This document shows, piece after piece, positions 21,460 through 32,910 of a stretch of 64,000 nt of DNA; position 1 is the stretch's first letter, and each line of letters starts with the position of its first letter. A model generated the notes under the pieces. The model was given only the letters and a program-made list of their open reading frames with translations. It was not told the origin of the DNA and did not search any database. This stretch comes from Pelagomonas calceolata (taxonomy: Eukaryota). The stretch is taken from assembly GCA_918797485.1 (NCBI GenBank), contig CAKKNE010000004.1:124001-188000 (forward strand), in the 5' to 3' direction. Made by a program: the position numbers and the translations under genes.

Positions 21460-22569
21460 TTACACGGTCTCCTGGGCCGCGCGGAGGGCCTCGAGGGGGA
21501 CGCCGACGCGCTTGCAGAATTCTTCGTCGGTGTACGCGGCGCTATTGAGGACAATCGCAGGATCAGCCCCGGCAGCGCGGCATACTTCGAGACGTGGCCG
21601 GTACCGTTTTTTTAGGCTTTGCCCCAAACGAGATGGGGCGGATATTATCTTCGCGCGCACGTCCGAAACGGACAAACCAAGGTCTCGCTCAAAGAAGTCC
21701 AACTTTGGCTCCACGTTGTCTTCGACGCTGTAGCCAAATAATGATGGGAAAGTTACTATCATTTTCTTCAGCTCCATTCTATTCAGGTTGAGGCGCGATT
21801 GCAACCAGTCGAGCGTTGGCGCCAAGTTGTCCTCGATGTTGTAGCTCAGCACTGCTGGTAGCCGTAGTACCATCATCCTCAGCCCCGCGTCGTCCAGATC
21901 GAGGCGCATCTGTAGCCAGTCGAGCGTCGGCGCCAGGTTGTCCTCGACGCTGTAGGTCAGCAGTGCAGGTTTCAGCAGAAAAACCTTCTTTAGTTGCGCA
22001 TCATCAAGGTCGAGGCGCCTTTGCAGCCACTCGAGCCTTAACACCATGGCATCGATGCTGTAGCCCAGCACTGACGGGCGACCCATGACCAACTTCTTCA
22101 GCTGCTTCGCGTCCAGGTCGAGCCGTCGCTGCATCCAGTCACAGTTCGACTCCATGCTCTCGACGCTCCGCGCCATCTGTCTTGAGTGCCGCACAACCAT
22201 CGTCTTTAGCTGCGTCGCGTCCAAGCCAAGACGATCCTGTAGCCAGTCGAACGTCGACGCCATCGCTTCGACGCTGTAGCCCAGCAGTGTTGGATTTACT
22301 GTCACCACCTTCTTCAGCTCCGCGTCGCTCAGGTCGAGCGAGGACTGTAGCCAACCGCACAAGCAATCAATTTGCGTCCGTGTCAGGCTTTCTGCGATAC
22401 TCGGTAACAACCTTCGTTCGGCCTTGCAAGCTTCCTCCGCCGTGCAGCCCAAGCACTGGATGTAGTAATCATATGCTGCCCCTGGACATACAACATGTCT
22501 GGACAGCCTGGCAACCGGCGGAACCAATGCGACCGTCAATGAAAGATGCAACACGCATGCCCTTGCCAT
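21460..22569 (-). CDS. mTERF-family protein
   Basis: About seven ~35-aa repeats (LDWLQ.RLDLDDA.LKKMV...P.LL.YSVEDNL); C-terminal SLKKRYRPR. Confidence 0.9.
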   Translation of the reverse strand: MARACVLHLSLTVALVPPVARLSRHVVCPGAAYDYYIQCLGCTAEEACKAERRLLPSIAESLTRTQIDCLCGWLQSSLDLSDAELKKVVTVNPTLLGYSVEAMASTFDWLQDRLGLDATQLKTMVVRHSRQMARSVESMESNCDWMQRRLDLDAKQLKKLVMGRPSVLGYSIDAMVLRLEWLQRRLDLDDAQLKKVFLLKPALLTYSVEDNLAPTLDWLQMRLDLDDAGLRMMVLRLPAVLSYNIEDNLAPTLDWLQSRLNLNRMELKKMIVTFPSLFGYSVEDNVEPKLDFFERDLGLSVSDVRAKIISAPSRLGQSLKKRYRPRLEVCRAAGADPAIVLNSAAYTDEEFCKRVGVPLEALRAAQETV

Positions 22570-23167
22570 TTTCACCCCATCGCGACGTCCGGGCAGCCCT
22601 TAATTGCCAAGCCACAATCTGGGAGAGCAAAAGTGCTCGCACGTATATACGCTCCACCAGGGGGCCTGGACTTCTCCTCTCGTCGACAATACTCTTTAGA
22701 ATCTTTTCTATAGTTGTCTGACATCTCTTCTCAACTTTGAGAAGCAAATACTTCATCTCTGATGTAGAACTACACCGCCGCGCCACGATTTCGACGTTGA
22801 TCCCTCGGATCCTGGATGAAACTGGAGGCGTCGGCGGATTCTGAAGGGACTTCTTTTTTTCCTTTTCTTGCCGAGCTGACTAGGGAGCTGACTGCACGTA
22901 ACGCGGAGCTGAAGATGGAGCAGAACGGGTCTCGGGGCTATGCTGGCGGACGCGGTGAGCTCTCGAGGTCTGAAGCAGGTACGCGAGAGCGAAGTTCCTT
23001 TTTTTGCGGCTTTGGCGAACACCCGCGATTAGGCCGCGGACTCGGCAGACCGGCGTGCCACGAGGGTGACCAAGCGAACCAAGCGACACCGAGCGACTCG
23101 CCGCGCGCCGTCGGGCACGAGCTAGGCAAACAACGAAGGCACGAGCGCGGCACACGAAGAACACTAC

Positions 23168-24580
23168 TTATCCGCTAAACACGCGCGCCCCGCCCCGCCG
23201 CCCGGGCCCCACAGAGCGCCGCACCCCCCGCGCGCCGCCGGGCCGGTTGTTGAACGCGAAGCGCGAGAAGCCGTCGGGCGGCTCCCGCACCACGTTATCG
23301 GTAGTCGCCTCCGCGAGGTGCCGTTCTATCTGAGCGGCACCTTTCTGCAGCAGGCCGTGCAGCAAGTTCGCATGACTTCGATCCACTTGGTAGCGCTGGC
23401 CGTGCTTGCCCGTGTGGTGGATCACCTCCACCGAATCGCCGCGCAGCGTCCGCCGCGGCCCATACACTCTACTAATCCAGTCGTCCATCCACCAGTCCGA
23501 GAGCTGCGGCGGGTAGTACTGCCCGCCAAAAATCTCCATATGGGTTCGGTGCGTGAAATCGTGCGTTAAAATACGTCGATTCCCCTGCTGGCACGCCGGG
23601 CCGACGGCCCCGACATTGTTCATTGAACTAAGAGCTTCCACAAAATGTTTGGCCCACCTCGTCGCGAGTTCCGTATCATCATTAACTCGATAGATGTAGT
23701 CGGCCTTGGCTTCGTAGAAAGCCTCGCGCGTTATTCCCGTGAACACCGGGCCCGGCTTTTTGACTTTGTTGTCGACGACGGCGTATCTTAGTTCAACCTG
23801 CACGTTCTTGGCGGCGAGCTGGCTCTTGATATTTTCCTGGAACCACCGTCGCCCTTGCTCGGCGCCGCCGCCGAGATCCCACCATCGATCACCAATATCG
23901 TAGCCCAAAACGACCACATATCTAAAGCCGCACTCGACCGTCCGGTGGAAGGACGGGAGGAGGTGGTGGAACACGGCCAGGTCGTCCAATCTTTGGGGAG
24001 TGATCCAGCCTTGTTTACCTCGGGTGGTCGTCCCGCAGCAGAGCGCGATCAGAGGCTGATTTTGCGTCGAGGGAGGACAGGTCTCGAGCTCGGGGACGTT
24101 TATGTGTCGCGGCGGCGGCGCGCGTACCCTTGAACCTCCAACGAGGCCGTCGCAGCGCAGCTTCGTCCAGCGCCGCTGGCCGTTCGGCCCGAGGCTGCCC
24201 CAGTTCGCGCCCGGAATTACGGAATGCTTCTGCATCATGAAGGCGCACTCGTCGCGCGGCGTGCTGCCCCTTCCGGGTCGCTGCAGCGGCTTTTGTTGTA
24301 TTGGTGGTGGTGCTTCGGGGGTATTCCACCGCTGTTGATCGGCCTCGCGCTCCCGTAAGCTCCGCGCCTCGGCTTCCGACCGCATGAACTGATCAAAAAA
24401 GTTCACGTGCTCGCTCGCGTCGTGGCGCTTGTATGAATGCGTGCGCGGCACGTCGCCGTTCATGAAGCCGTCGCGGCGCTGCGCCGTCTCGTTCTGGACG
24501 TAGAGCGCGCGGCCCATGAGCAGCACGAGGAGGCCTAGGACCGCGGCGGTGGTCCAGCCGCCGCGTCTCGGCTGCGCCAT
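23168..24580 (-). CDS. Type II membrane GT-A fold glycosyltransferase
   Basis: N-terminal TM helix; YVVVLGYDIGD, YIYRVNDDT, ILTHDFTHRTH, WWMDDWISRVY. Confidence 0.7.
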   Translation of the reverse strand: MAQPRRGGWTTAAVLGLLVLLMGRALYVQNETAQRRDGFMNGDVPRTHSYKRHDASEHVNFFDQFMRSEAEARSLREREADQQRWNTPEAPPPIQQKPLQRPGRGSTPRDECAFMMQKHSVIPGANWGSLGPNGQRRWTKLRCDGLVGGSRVRAPPPRHINVPELETCPPSTQNQPLIALCCGTTTRGKQGWITPQRLDDLAVFHHLLPSFHRTVECGFRYVVVLGYDIGDRWWDLGGGAEQGRRWFQENIKSQLAAKNVQVELRYAVVDNKVKKPGPVFTGITREAFYEAKADYIYRVNDDTELATRWAKHFVEALSSMNNVGAVGPACQQGNRRILTHDFTHRTHMEIFGGQYYPPQLSDWWMDDWISRVYGPRRTLRGDSVEVIHHTGKHGQRYQVDRSHANLLHGLLQKGAAQIERHLAEATTDNVVREPPDGFSRFAFNNRPGGARGVRRSVGPGRRGGARVFSG

Positions 24581-24794
24581 TGCTTCGGCTAGCTGTGTGT
24601 CGGCCCCCTGCTGGGAGTTTAGTTGTGGCCGCGTGGAAGCGTCTGGTGAGCGAAGGTTGCTGTTAACCGCTTTCAATGGAGGCTGCAACAAGTACCCACT
24701 GATTAGATGGCGACGCCCTTGCGCCGCTGCGGCCTCGCGGCGCCGCGGTGGATTAGCTAGCGATCTGTAACACACTAGTATTCTCAATACATAT

Positions 24795-25760
24795 TCACTT
24801 AGCCCCGTCGTCCTCAGCGACGACCGCGTCCCGGACAGCACAAGCAATAGCTACGTCCTGCGTCGCGATGCCCGTCAGGTCGCAGACGATCACGGTCTCG
24901 GGCGTCGCCCGCGGCGGCGCGCCCGCCCACTTGTGCTCGCCGAGTTCTTCGGTAGGGAGGCCCTCCGGTCTATAAAATGCCTCGCCGAAGGCCTCGCACT
25001 GCTTGCGACTGTCGACGAGAAGCTTCACGTCTCCCCTAAGAACGGCGGGGCCCAGCTCGCGCTTGCCCGGGCCGTCCGCACCCAAGGCGACCACCAACGC
25101 CCCGGATTTTACGGAAGGCACGAGCGGCTCCGTCGACGGCGTGCAGCACACAATCACGTCGGCGCGCGCCGTCGCCGCGGCGTACGACTCGATCGACACC
25201 TTGGCCCAGCCCTTTGATTTAGCGAAGGCCGCGAACTTTTCAGCACTCTCTGACGTGCGCGACGAGACAATAATACCTCCAAAACCCAGGTCGACGGCGT
25301 ACTCCGCCACGAGCTTGGCAACAACACCAGTCCCGAGGATGGATAGCGACGCCGCTTTTGCCGGCGCGAACTTCGAGATGCATAAACACGCCGCGGCTGC
25401 CGTCCGCACGTCGGTCAAATGACCATTATCCAAGAGGATGGTCTCTAACTCTCCAGTCGTCTGGCTGAAGAGGAGCATGCATCCTTGAGAGTTGGAAAGC
25501 CCCAGAGCCGCGTTGCCGGGGAAGCCGCCCGCGACCTTGACGACCCAGGACGCCTTGCCCTTGATGTAGCCGGACTTGACGCACGCGTGGCCTCCTCCTT
25601 CGTCGTCCTCGTCGTGCGGCTCGACGTGGACGTGCTGCACGTCGGCGACGTAGGCGTGGCCCGCCGAGAACTCCTCGTAGGCGTCGCGCATGGCGTCCAT
25701 GAGTTTTGCTAAGGGCGGGATCTTGGAGAGCATCTCGCTCTGCTGGACGACTCGCACCAT
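24795..25760 (-). CDS. Ornithine cyclodeaminase / mu-crystallin family protein
   Basis: VVKVAGGFPGN, LLDNGHLTDVRTAAA, ILGTG, ALGADGPGKREL, CDLTGIATQD. Confidence 0.9.
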   Translation of the reverse strand: MVRVVQQSEMLSKIPPLAKLMDAMRDAYEEFSAGHAYVADVQHVHVEPHDEDDEGGGHACVKSGYIKGKASWVVKVAGGFPGNAALGLSNSQGCMLLFSQTTGELETILLDNGHLTDVRTAAAACLCISKFAPAKAASLSILGTGVVAKLVAEYAVDLGFGGIIVSSRTSESAEKFAAFAKSKGWAKVSIESYAAATARADVIVCCTPSTEPLVPSVKSGALVVALGADGPGKRELGPAVLRGDVKLLVDSRKQCEAFGEAFYRPEGLPTEELGEHKWAGAPPRATPETVIVCDLTGIATQDVAIACAVRDAVVAEDDGAK

Positions 25761-26225
25761 TGTGAGCAGTGTGGTCTGTGTCGGTCTTTTGGCTGTCGCG
25801 GGACGCAATGTGATCCTAGGCTGTGAGAGCTGTGAGAGCTGTCGGGCTGTCGGGGCTCAGAGTTTTGTGGCTGTCGCGTGAGGTAATGAATGTGATCCTA
25901 GGCTGCGTTTGCCGATCAATTGGTCAGCAGTACTCCTACTGGCGCTGTTTTTTGCAAGGCTGCCCATCTTGCTAGTGTGTTACAGGTTCGCTAGCTAATC
26001 GCAGCGCGCGTGCTGCCTTGCACTCGCCGCAGTGTTGCTCTACGCGCCATAAGGCATCACTGGGTACCGCGCACGAGACGTCCACAGCAACTCAGCCGAG
26101 CCTTACGCCTTCGACGCGACTCCAAGCCTCGATAGCGAGCATACTGCAATCAAGTGCAGTGAGAGCCTCTCCGCGTCGTGCGCGTACGAGCCGAGCAAAG
26201 CCGCGCAAAAGAATCACAAAGCATC

Positions 26226-27077
26226 ATGGTCGTCTCCTCGGCCTACCAGGCGGCAGCGCTGATGTCCGTCATCTCCTTCGCGGGCGCGCTCGTCTTCGTC
26301 GGCTGCGGACGATTGGCAAGCAAGTTTGGCATTGACGACGCCAAGGCCGTGAGTTTCTTCGACGCGACGTGCTTGACGCTCGCGGCGACGGCCATGATCG
26401 GCGACGCGTGTTTGCACCTCATACCCGAGACGTTCGAGGGCACGGACGAGGAGACGGCCGATAGATATGGTGTACTATTAGTTACGGGCGTCGTAGCCGT
26501 GTTAGCCTTCGAGAAGATTTGTGATGCATGTAACACTGGTACGATCGAGCCGTTCGGGGTGGCCAACCTATTAGTAGAAGGTTTACATAACTTCGCGGAC
26601 GGCATGGCGTTACAAGTGGCCTGGAACCTGAATAGAGAGGCCGGCGTCGCGACGACGATCGCCGTGGCGGTCCACGAACTCCCGCAAGAGTTGGGCGACT
26701 TCGCCGTGCTGAGAAGAGCGGGCTTCGCGACCGGGCCTTTGTTAGCAGCCAACTTTGTGGCATCGTTAACGTGCTTCGGCGGCGTGGCGCTGGCGGCGTC
26801 GCCGTGGGTCGCCTCCCGTGAAGCCGAGATGGTTGCGTTCACGGCCGGTTCATTTCTCGCGCTCGCGCTGCACTCGCTCGCGCCGCGGGCTTTGGCGACG
26901 CTGGACGAGGCGGCGACGTCTCAAGGGCGTGCTGTCAGGGCGGCTTGGTTATTGGCGCTCGTGCTCGGCGTCGTGCGCTTCCTGCAGTTCGTCGGCGAGC
27001 TCGAGCACGCCGTACCGGCGGCCGAGGAGTCTTCTTCGGGCTTCGGGTCGTTCTTTTCGCGGGGGAAGGAGCTCTAG
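26226..27077 (+). CDS. ZIP-family metal transporter
   Basis: GDACLHLIPE, LHNFADG, AVAVHELPQELGDFAVL, FTAGSF. Confidence 0.9.
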   Translation: MVVSSAYQAAALMSVISFAGALVFVGCGRLASKFGIDDAKAVSFFDATCLTLAATAMIGDACLHLIPETFEGTDEETADRYGVLLVTGVVAVLAFEKICDACNTGTIEPFGVANLLVEGLHNFADGMALQVAWNLNREAGVATTIAVAVHELPQELGDFAVLRRAGFATGPLLAANFVASLTCFGGVALAASPWVASREAEMVAFTAGSFLALALHSLAPRALATLDEAATSQGRAVRAAWLLALVLGVVRFLQFVGELEHAVPAAEESSSGFGSFFSRGKEL

Positions 27078-27134
27078 TGGGAAGGTGGGGTAAAGTTATT
27101 TAAGGTAAATCACTAGAAGTACATAGAATCATTC

Positions 27135-28004
27135 TTAGCGTGATCGTATCGCCTCGTCCGGCAACCCCAGCGGCGGCGGCACCCTCCGTTCCCGCTCGAA
27201 GACCTGGACGATCCACTTTTCGTCGACGGCCGCGTCCGAGTAGTGCGTCGTGAGCGGGTCCGGTTCTTTGGACGCGTGGTGCGACGGGAAGAAGACGCAC
27301 GCGTCGCCCTGCCGCGGCGCCACGGAAATGCCGGCCTGATCAAATACCGTGCGGCCGCCCTCGGGGACGTCGTTGAGGTAGAGGATACACGTCGCCACGC
27401 GCTGGCCACCCTCGTCGGCCCACTCCGCGCCCCGCGTCGCCGAAGCGTCGCCGTGCAAAGCGAATTTTTCACCTTCCTGGTAGCGCGTCAGGACCGGCGC
27501 CTCGAAGTGCGCGGGCGTCGTCTCCATGAGGTCTGCGATTGTTCGCGCCACCTCGCCGCCCAGCGTCGCATCGAGCTGCGCGGCCCCGCTCGTGCGCCTT
27601 CCGGAAGCCGAGGCGTCGGCGAGTTTCAGGGCGAGGTACGCCAGCGCGGCGGCGACGGCCGTCGCGCCAATCAAGGGCGGCAGCGCCGCGGCCAGGAGAT
27701 CATCACCATTCATGAGCGCGCCGACGACCCGTGGCAGCGGCGCCAGCAAAATGAGCGGCGCGAGCAGCGTCAATTTCTCCGGGTCCAATTGCGCGGCCGG
27801 CGCGTTCGACGTCGTCATTTGTGACGCAGCCTCGGACGCGATCAGCGCCTCGCAGGTGGCTCTATCTAATGCGTTCGCGACGCGGTAGATGCGCGGCGTC
27901 TCGGAGAGCGTCTCGAGGCGCGCGTCGGGGCCGGGCCGGAGGGCTCGCGGCGTCGGCGGCGGCGTGAGGGCTGATGCCAGTGCGACGAGGCATAGGTAGC
28001 GCAT
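27135..28004 (-). CDS. Prolyl 4-hydroxylase-like 2OG-Fe(II) oxygenase with an internal hydrophobic hairpin
   Basis: RYQEGEKFALHGD, GGQRVATCILYLNDVPEGGRT, PRQGDACVFF, T.H, EKWI. Confidence 0.85.
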   Translation of the reverse strand: MRYLCLVALASALTPPPTPRALRPGPDARLETLSETPRIYRVANALDRATCEALIASEAASQMTTSNAPAAQLDPEKLTLLAPLILLAPLPRVVGALMNGDDLLAAALPPLIGATAVAAALAYLALKLADASASGRRTSGAAQLDATLGGEVARTIADLMETTPAHFEAPVLTRYQEGEKFALHGDASATRGAEWADEGGQRVATCILYLNDVPEGGRTVFDQAGISVAPRQGDACVFFPSHHASKEPDPLTTHYSDAAVDEKWIVQVFERERRVPPPLGLPDEAIRSR

Positions 28005-28332
28005 CGTAGAGGGCTTGCAGCGGCGGCGCTCCAGCTGGCAGCTGCAGTGTGTGAGCTTTGTCTAACAGTCTTGCGCTACGTCGATGGGGATGGCACCAGC
28101 ACTGTTTGCTGTTCTTGGCTGTTCTTGAAACGAATGCCAGGACACAGACAGCTGTTGCGATCCTGAGCAAATCTCACGCAAGTTGATAGCGTGTAACATA
28201 CTAGTAAACGAGGCAGCAGAGCGCTATCTAAGGACATACTGGACCCCAGCGCTCGAGCTGGTGTCGCATTTCACTCATGCGGTGACATAAGAAACCAACT
28301 AAGTGGTGGAAGACCACCACCACCGCCACACC

Positions 28333-30019
28333 ATGGCCTCCACCACCAGCACCCCCAACGCCGCCCCGACGATCATCCCACCATCGTTCCCGATCGAGCT
28401 GCCGAAGTCCGCCACGTCCGCCGTCGGCACGCGCACTCTGAAAATAGAGGGCTTCCCGGGCGGTTTTTTTCGGGACCGGCCGGCGTCCGTCAGGAGCTTC
28501 CTCGCCACAAACTTCGGAACCGTCATCGATATCGAGGTCCAGGAGGAAGCTTTCGAACAACTAGACGTGCAGCCGTCCGTCGACTCCTACCTCACGGTCG
28601 ACTCGTCGCTACAAAAAAGGCCGCCGCCGTCGCCGGTCCGCTCGCCGCCTCGAGACGAGCGGTCCGTCGACTCGCGGGGGTCGGCCGACGCCTTAAGCCT
28701 GTTCGAGCATTCGACGTCGCGCGCGCCCTCGCGGGACGACGGCCTGCCCTCGAAATTCGACTCGCCGCCCCGTCAGGCGTCGCGGGGCTCGCGCGGCGGC
28801 TCGCGGCGGCGCCGCTTCCGGCCGCGCGCCGCGCGGCCCCTGGCGCGCCTCTACGTGCGCTTTGAGAAGCAACGGAGTTTTGAAAGAGCCTTCGAGGCGC
28901 TCGCGGGCGGCGCGATTCTCTTCCGCGACGTCATGGTAGATATAGAATGCGCCTACGACGCGTCGGGCTACTTCACGGAGCGCCGCATCATGGCGAGGCG
29001 CCTCGCGCACGAAAAGAGAGTGAGGCGGGCGACGCTCGACGCGCGGCGGGCCGCCGAGCGCCCCCGGACGCCGCCCAAGGCTGTATGTATGCAGCGTCAT
29101 TTATTCACATAGAGAGGAAAGCGCGGTGACGACAATAAACGAGCGTATGGCCGACGCGGTCATGCGCGGAGGACGACCGAAAAAAGGCGAGTCGCGAGCG
29201 CTTCCCTCGGCTCTGACGATGAGAGATCAATGTTTACCCCGCTCATGTTCGATGGACGCAGGTCGCGAAGCGCCACGACATGGCGCTCTCGGCATTACGA
29301 AGGACCCTGGACGACACGCACGACCAGGCCCGCGGCGCGGCGTCCCTCGACGGCGTGGAGGCCGCACGCCGTCGACGCTATCGCTATCCACGCAGGACGG
29401 CGACGTGCCCTCGGAGAGAAGAGCAATACGCGCGCTCGAGGAGGCCGAGGCTTTATGTAGGCGCATGCGCCGCGCGAAGAGCGCCGACGACGGGGAGCGG
29501 GGCGCGTTGATGCGCGCGACGCGGGCCTGCGAGCGCCTCGTGGAGAAGGTTGAGGCCGCGAAGCTGAGAACCGTCCGACTTAAGGAAAGGAGGCGCCAGT
29601 TCTCGTTACTGTTAGATGTGCAATCACAACTCGACGCATTGGAAAACTGCGGCAAGTTCGCTCAGTTAGTACGAGAACAGGCACCGGATCTGCGAGGCTG
29701 TACCGTACTAGTACCGACGGACGACGCGTTTTTAGGAGATGACGATGCGTTCGAGGATGACTGCTGGGGCGTGCACGTCATCGATGGGCCCTGGAAGATG
29801 GGGGATATGGCCGTTGCCGGCCGTGTTTTAGGACGCCATGTGGATACGAGACATGGTATTAGGACGCGGGTCCAGCCGGACGGGCGCTACGCCGTGTGGT
29901 TGGATACGGATCCCAGTCCGCCTAGGCGAGCTTTGGTATTGGAGATGGACATTAGCTGTCAACATGGGACGGTGCTCCATGTAGTAGATGGGATATTGTA
30001 TCCCGACTTTAAGAGGTAG
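28333..30019 (+). CDS. Hypothetical protein with an RRM-like N-terminal part and a fasciclin (FAS1)-like C-terminus; intron about 29083-29395
   Basis: LYVRFE..F in exon 1; CTVLVPTDDAF and HGTVLHVVDGILYP (FAS1 H1/H2-like) in exon 2; GT-AG junction keeps the frame. Confidence 0.5.
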
Positions 30020-30027
30020 TATTTTTA

Positions 30028-30963
30028 CTAGATGAGGGGCATTTTTTGGACCGCCGGCGACGAGTAGGCCGAGCCGCCGCCCCCGAAGTCAAACACGGGC
30101 GAGAAGTCGACCTTGCCCCCCGCTCGGGAGGTTGGCGTCGCCAGACCCGCCGACGCGATGTCTCGTAACGGAGACGTCGCGAAGACCAGCGCGTCGAAGC
30201 CGCCCGGTGAAGAATGCGCCGTCGCCGCCACCGCCAACGACGAGAGGGGACTAGCGGGCACCTGGCGCTCCTTGGATCGTTTCTCCGCCGCGCGCCGCAT
30301 CTCGGCCTTGGTCATGACGATGGGTCTCCTGGTCTCGCGCTTCCTTTTTCCTCGTTGTTTGGGCGGCGCCCGGGCGATGGGCTCCGCGTAGGCATTTGCT
30401 GCCGTCAACATGGCTAAAGGATCCGTCGGAGAAACTGAAACTTGCCTCGCCACCGGTTGCCGCTTCACGGGCTGGATGCCCGTGTAGTTCGCGCGACAAG
30501 CTTCCAAACATCCTTCGACGTCGTCGTGCAAATCGAACCGTTGATCGTCGCCCGGATGGCCCGAGTATCCGCGAGAAGACAAATACTTCTGGACCTTGCG
30601 CTTCATCGACGAGTTCCAGTGGTTCTTGATGGCATTATCTGTCCTTCCTGGGAGTTTCGACGCGATCTCGGCCCACTTGTTGCCCACGCGCGCGTGTTCC
30701 ACGAGGATAGTGCGATCTTCATCCTCCGTCCAGGGCTCCTTCGAGATGGCCGGGTTGAGGTGGTTGTGCCACCGCTCCCGACACTGCTTGCCGATTCGAC
30801 CCGGTAGATGCGCGGCGATGGTAGACCACTTCTTCGCTCCGAGTTTAGAAACTAATTCAATCACACGGGCATCCTCGTCGGGCTGCCAGGCGCCTTTCAC
30901 GGGGTTCGGGTCCCTGCTATGCGAGTAGTGCGGGTGCGTGCCGGCGTTGCGGCGCGTGGACAT
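30028..30963 (-). CDS. R2R3-MYB transcription factor
   Basis: [54 protein letters not shown]. Confidence 0.95.
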   Translation of the reverse strand: MSTRRNAGTHPHYSHSRDPNPVKGAWQPDEDARVIELVSKLGAKKWSTIAAHLPGRIGKQCRERWHNHLNPAISKEPWTEDEDRTILVEHARVGNKWAEIASKLPGRTDNAIKNHWNSSMKRKVQKYLSSRGYSGHPGDDQRFDLHDDVEGCLEACRANYTGIQPVKRQPVARQVSVSPTDPLAMLTAANAYAEPIARAPPKQRGKRKRETRRPIVMTKAEMRRAAEKRSKERQVPASPLSSLAVAATAHSSPGGFDALVFATSPLRDIASAGLATPTSRAGGKVDFSPVFDFGGGGSAYSSPAVQKMPLI

Positions 30964-31505
30964 CTTTGGTCGTAGTGCGCGGCGGCGGCTTGTCTTTGGT
31001 GTTGCGGGAGTTCAATGAGGCCCTCGGTGGCCCGTTTGAGGGCCCCGGCGCCTGTAATTGCCAATTAGCGGCGGCTGGCGCGAGAGGCCTTTTATTCAAG
31101 CGTGGGCTAGCGTGCGGAGGAGCGCAGCTCACAGTGGCTTGGCAACAGATAGGGCTGTCGACGAGGCGCTCAGCTCTCCTTGATAGTGTCTCGGTGTGGG
31201 CATACCCCGGCTAAACAACACCTCGTAAGTCAAATTTAAGCAGTTTTGTCCGCCGGAGACGATTTAGCCATTTTAGGCCTCCGCGCGGCAGGAGTCGCGG
31301 CATTGATGCTGGAGTCGACAGCCGCAAGCCTGCGCCGATTCGGGCCTGACAGAAAACCCGACAGTCCAGCTCCAAAAAGTGCCGCTGTGAGTTGCCGCAA
31401 ACGCGCCGAGGCAGCGATTCCCACGGCCAGACGGTCGTAGACCTGCTCTCCAACGGAACGCCGAGACGCCATCGACGCGTGCGCGCGCCGGGGCAGCCCA
31501 ACACC

Positions 31506-32582
31506 ATGAGCGCCCACCAGCGCCAACCGAGGCACACGCCCCACGACGACGACGACGACGAGGAGCACACTTTGCTCCCCGCCCGCGATGGAGACACGGA
31601 CGACGACATCGACGACCTGATGAAGCAGCTGCCCGACGATACGATACGGGGCGCGCTCGTCGACGCCGGCGCCACCAAGCTCTTGGTACCAATGTTAATA
31701 GCGGCCTACGCGGTCTGGTACGCGGGCGTGCGCCACCCGAAGTACCACAAACCTCGAACACCCTTGCACCACTTCCCTCCCCAGAGAATAGTTCATCATG
31801 CGGACCACCAGCACGAGTTGCGAAGGAGGTGGCTCAAGGCGACGCACGCCATCGACCTTACTGGAGAGGGTTTCGGGTACACCGACGCCGCGTCCATCAC
31901 GAACGCCATTCTCGAGCACCGTCGAAGTCTGTCGCCGGCGGACGTAGAGGTTTTTTATAATGAAGGGCGATCAGGGAGAAGGCTGAGCGAGGAGAATATT
32001 ACGTGCGTCTTCGGCCATGGCCATCGAGCGCCGCCCGACGGCCACCTGCGCCTCCCTCGAAGCTTCTACGAAAGTGCCAGCTTTGGCATCGCGATGCACC
32101 ATGATTTGGACAACACCCACGACATCTTGAGCGAGCGCGGCGATCTAAGTGAGCTGGAGGCGGCCCTCAAGAACGCGTCGATGTCCCCACAACCCAGTCG
32201 TGTGTTACCCTGGCGCGCTTTACTGGCTGACTCTGATGACGACGTCGCGGAAGGCTGGGTCGCCCAATACGATTTGAGGGATTTAGAAACGTGGCGCGCG
32301 GAGCGGAGAGGTAGAATGGCGTCCCTTGAAGCCCCATTGCGCGCGGAGAACGCCGGTGCGGTAGATGAATTGTGGATGGAGGCCGAGCGCCAAATAGAAA
32401 AAATAGTGAGGCGCTTCGGGCTGCTCATGTACGTGTCCTGGACGCCCCACGTCTGGGGCCGGGCCCGGCCCGGCGACGTCGTCATGGATGATCTTACGCA
32501 CGTCCACGTTTTACAAAAGACCGTGCCGGCGCGGTCGGGCTACCAGCACCTGCGGGACCATGCCGTCGTCTGGGCCATGTAA
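31506..32582 (+). CDS. Hypothetical single-TM protein
   Basis: Long ORF with hydrophobic LLVPMLIAAYAVWY segment; ATG 31506 preferred because an intron-type motif lies just upstream. Confidence 0.5.
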   Translation: MSAHQRQPRHTPHDDDDDEEHTLLPARDGDTDDDIDDLMKQLPDDTIRGALVDAGATKLLVPMLIAAYAVWYAGVRHPKYHKPRTPLHHFPPQRIVHHADHQHELRRRWLKATHAIDLTGEGFGYTDAASITNAILEHRRSLSPADVEVFYNEGRSGRRLSEENITCVFGHGHRAPPDGHLRLPRSFYESASFGIAMHHDLDNTHDILSERGDLSELEAALKNASMSPQPSRVLPWRALLADSDDDVAEGWVAQYDLRDLETWRAERRGRMASLEAPLRAENAGAVDELWMEAERQIEKIVRRFGLLMYVSWTPHVWGRARPGDVVMDDLTHVHVLQKTVPARSGYQHLRDHAVVWAM

Positions 32583-32910
32583 GGAGGGGTCTTGTTTATT
32601 TTTTTTCGGGCTGAGTGGCGGCGCGGTGCTCGCGACATGGCCCGACCCCCATAATTTGGTCTCGAGCGTCGTGTGACCACTACGAAGAGGTCTCCATGCG
32701 TGCATCCACCGGTTCACACGTCGAGCGCCCAAAACCCGAGCAAGGCTCTCCTGATGGCTGCTCCGCCTTCGCGCTCCGCAAGACGGATAAAAACGACACC
32801 GAGATTGGCAGCCGTGCCAGCGGCGGCACCGATAGCAGTCGTCAAGAGCGCGGCCCAAGTAGTTGTGAGGCTGCCCGCGCAAGACACGCATCACAATACG
32901 CGTTGCCAGC

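Noticed and set aside
21500..22400. DNA tandem repeats of ~105-108 bp
   Set aside because: Explained by the mTERF protein repeats
25790..25905. Short direct repeats (AATGTGATCCTAGGCTG, GAGAGCTGT)
   Set aside because: Local upstream micro-duplication with no wider pattern
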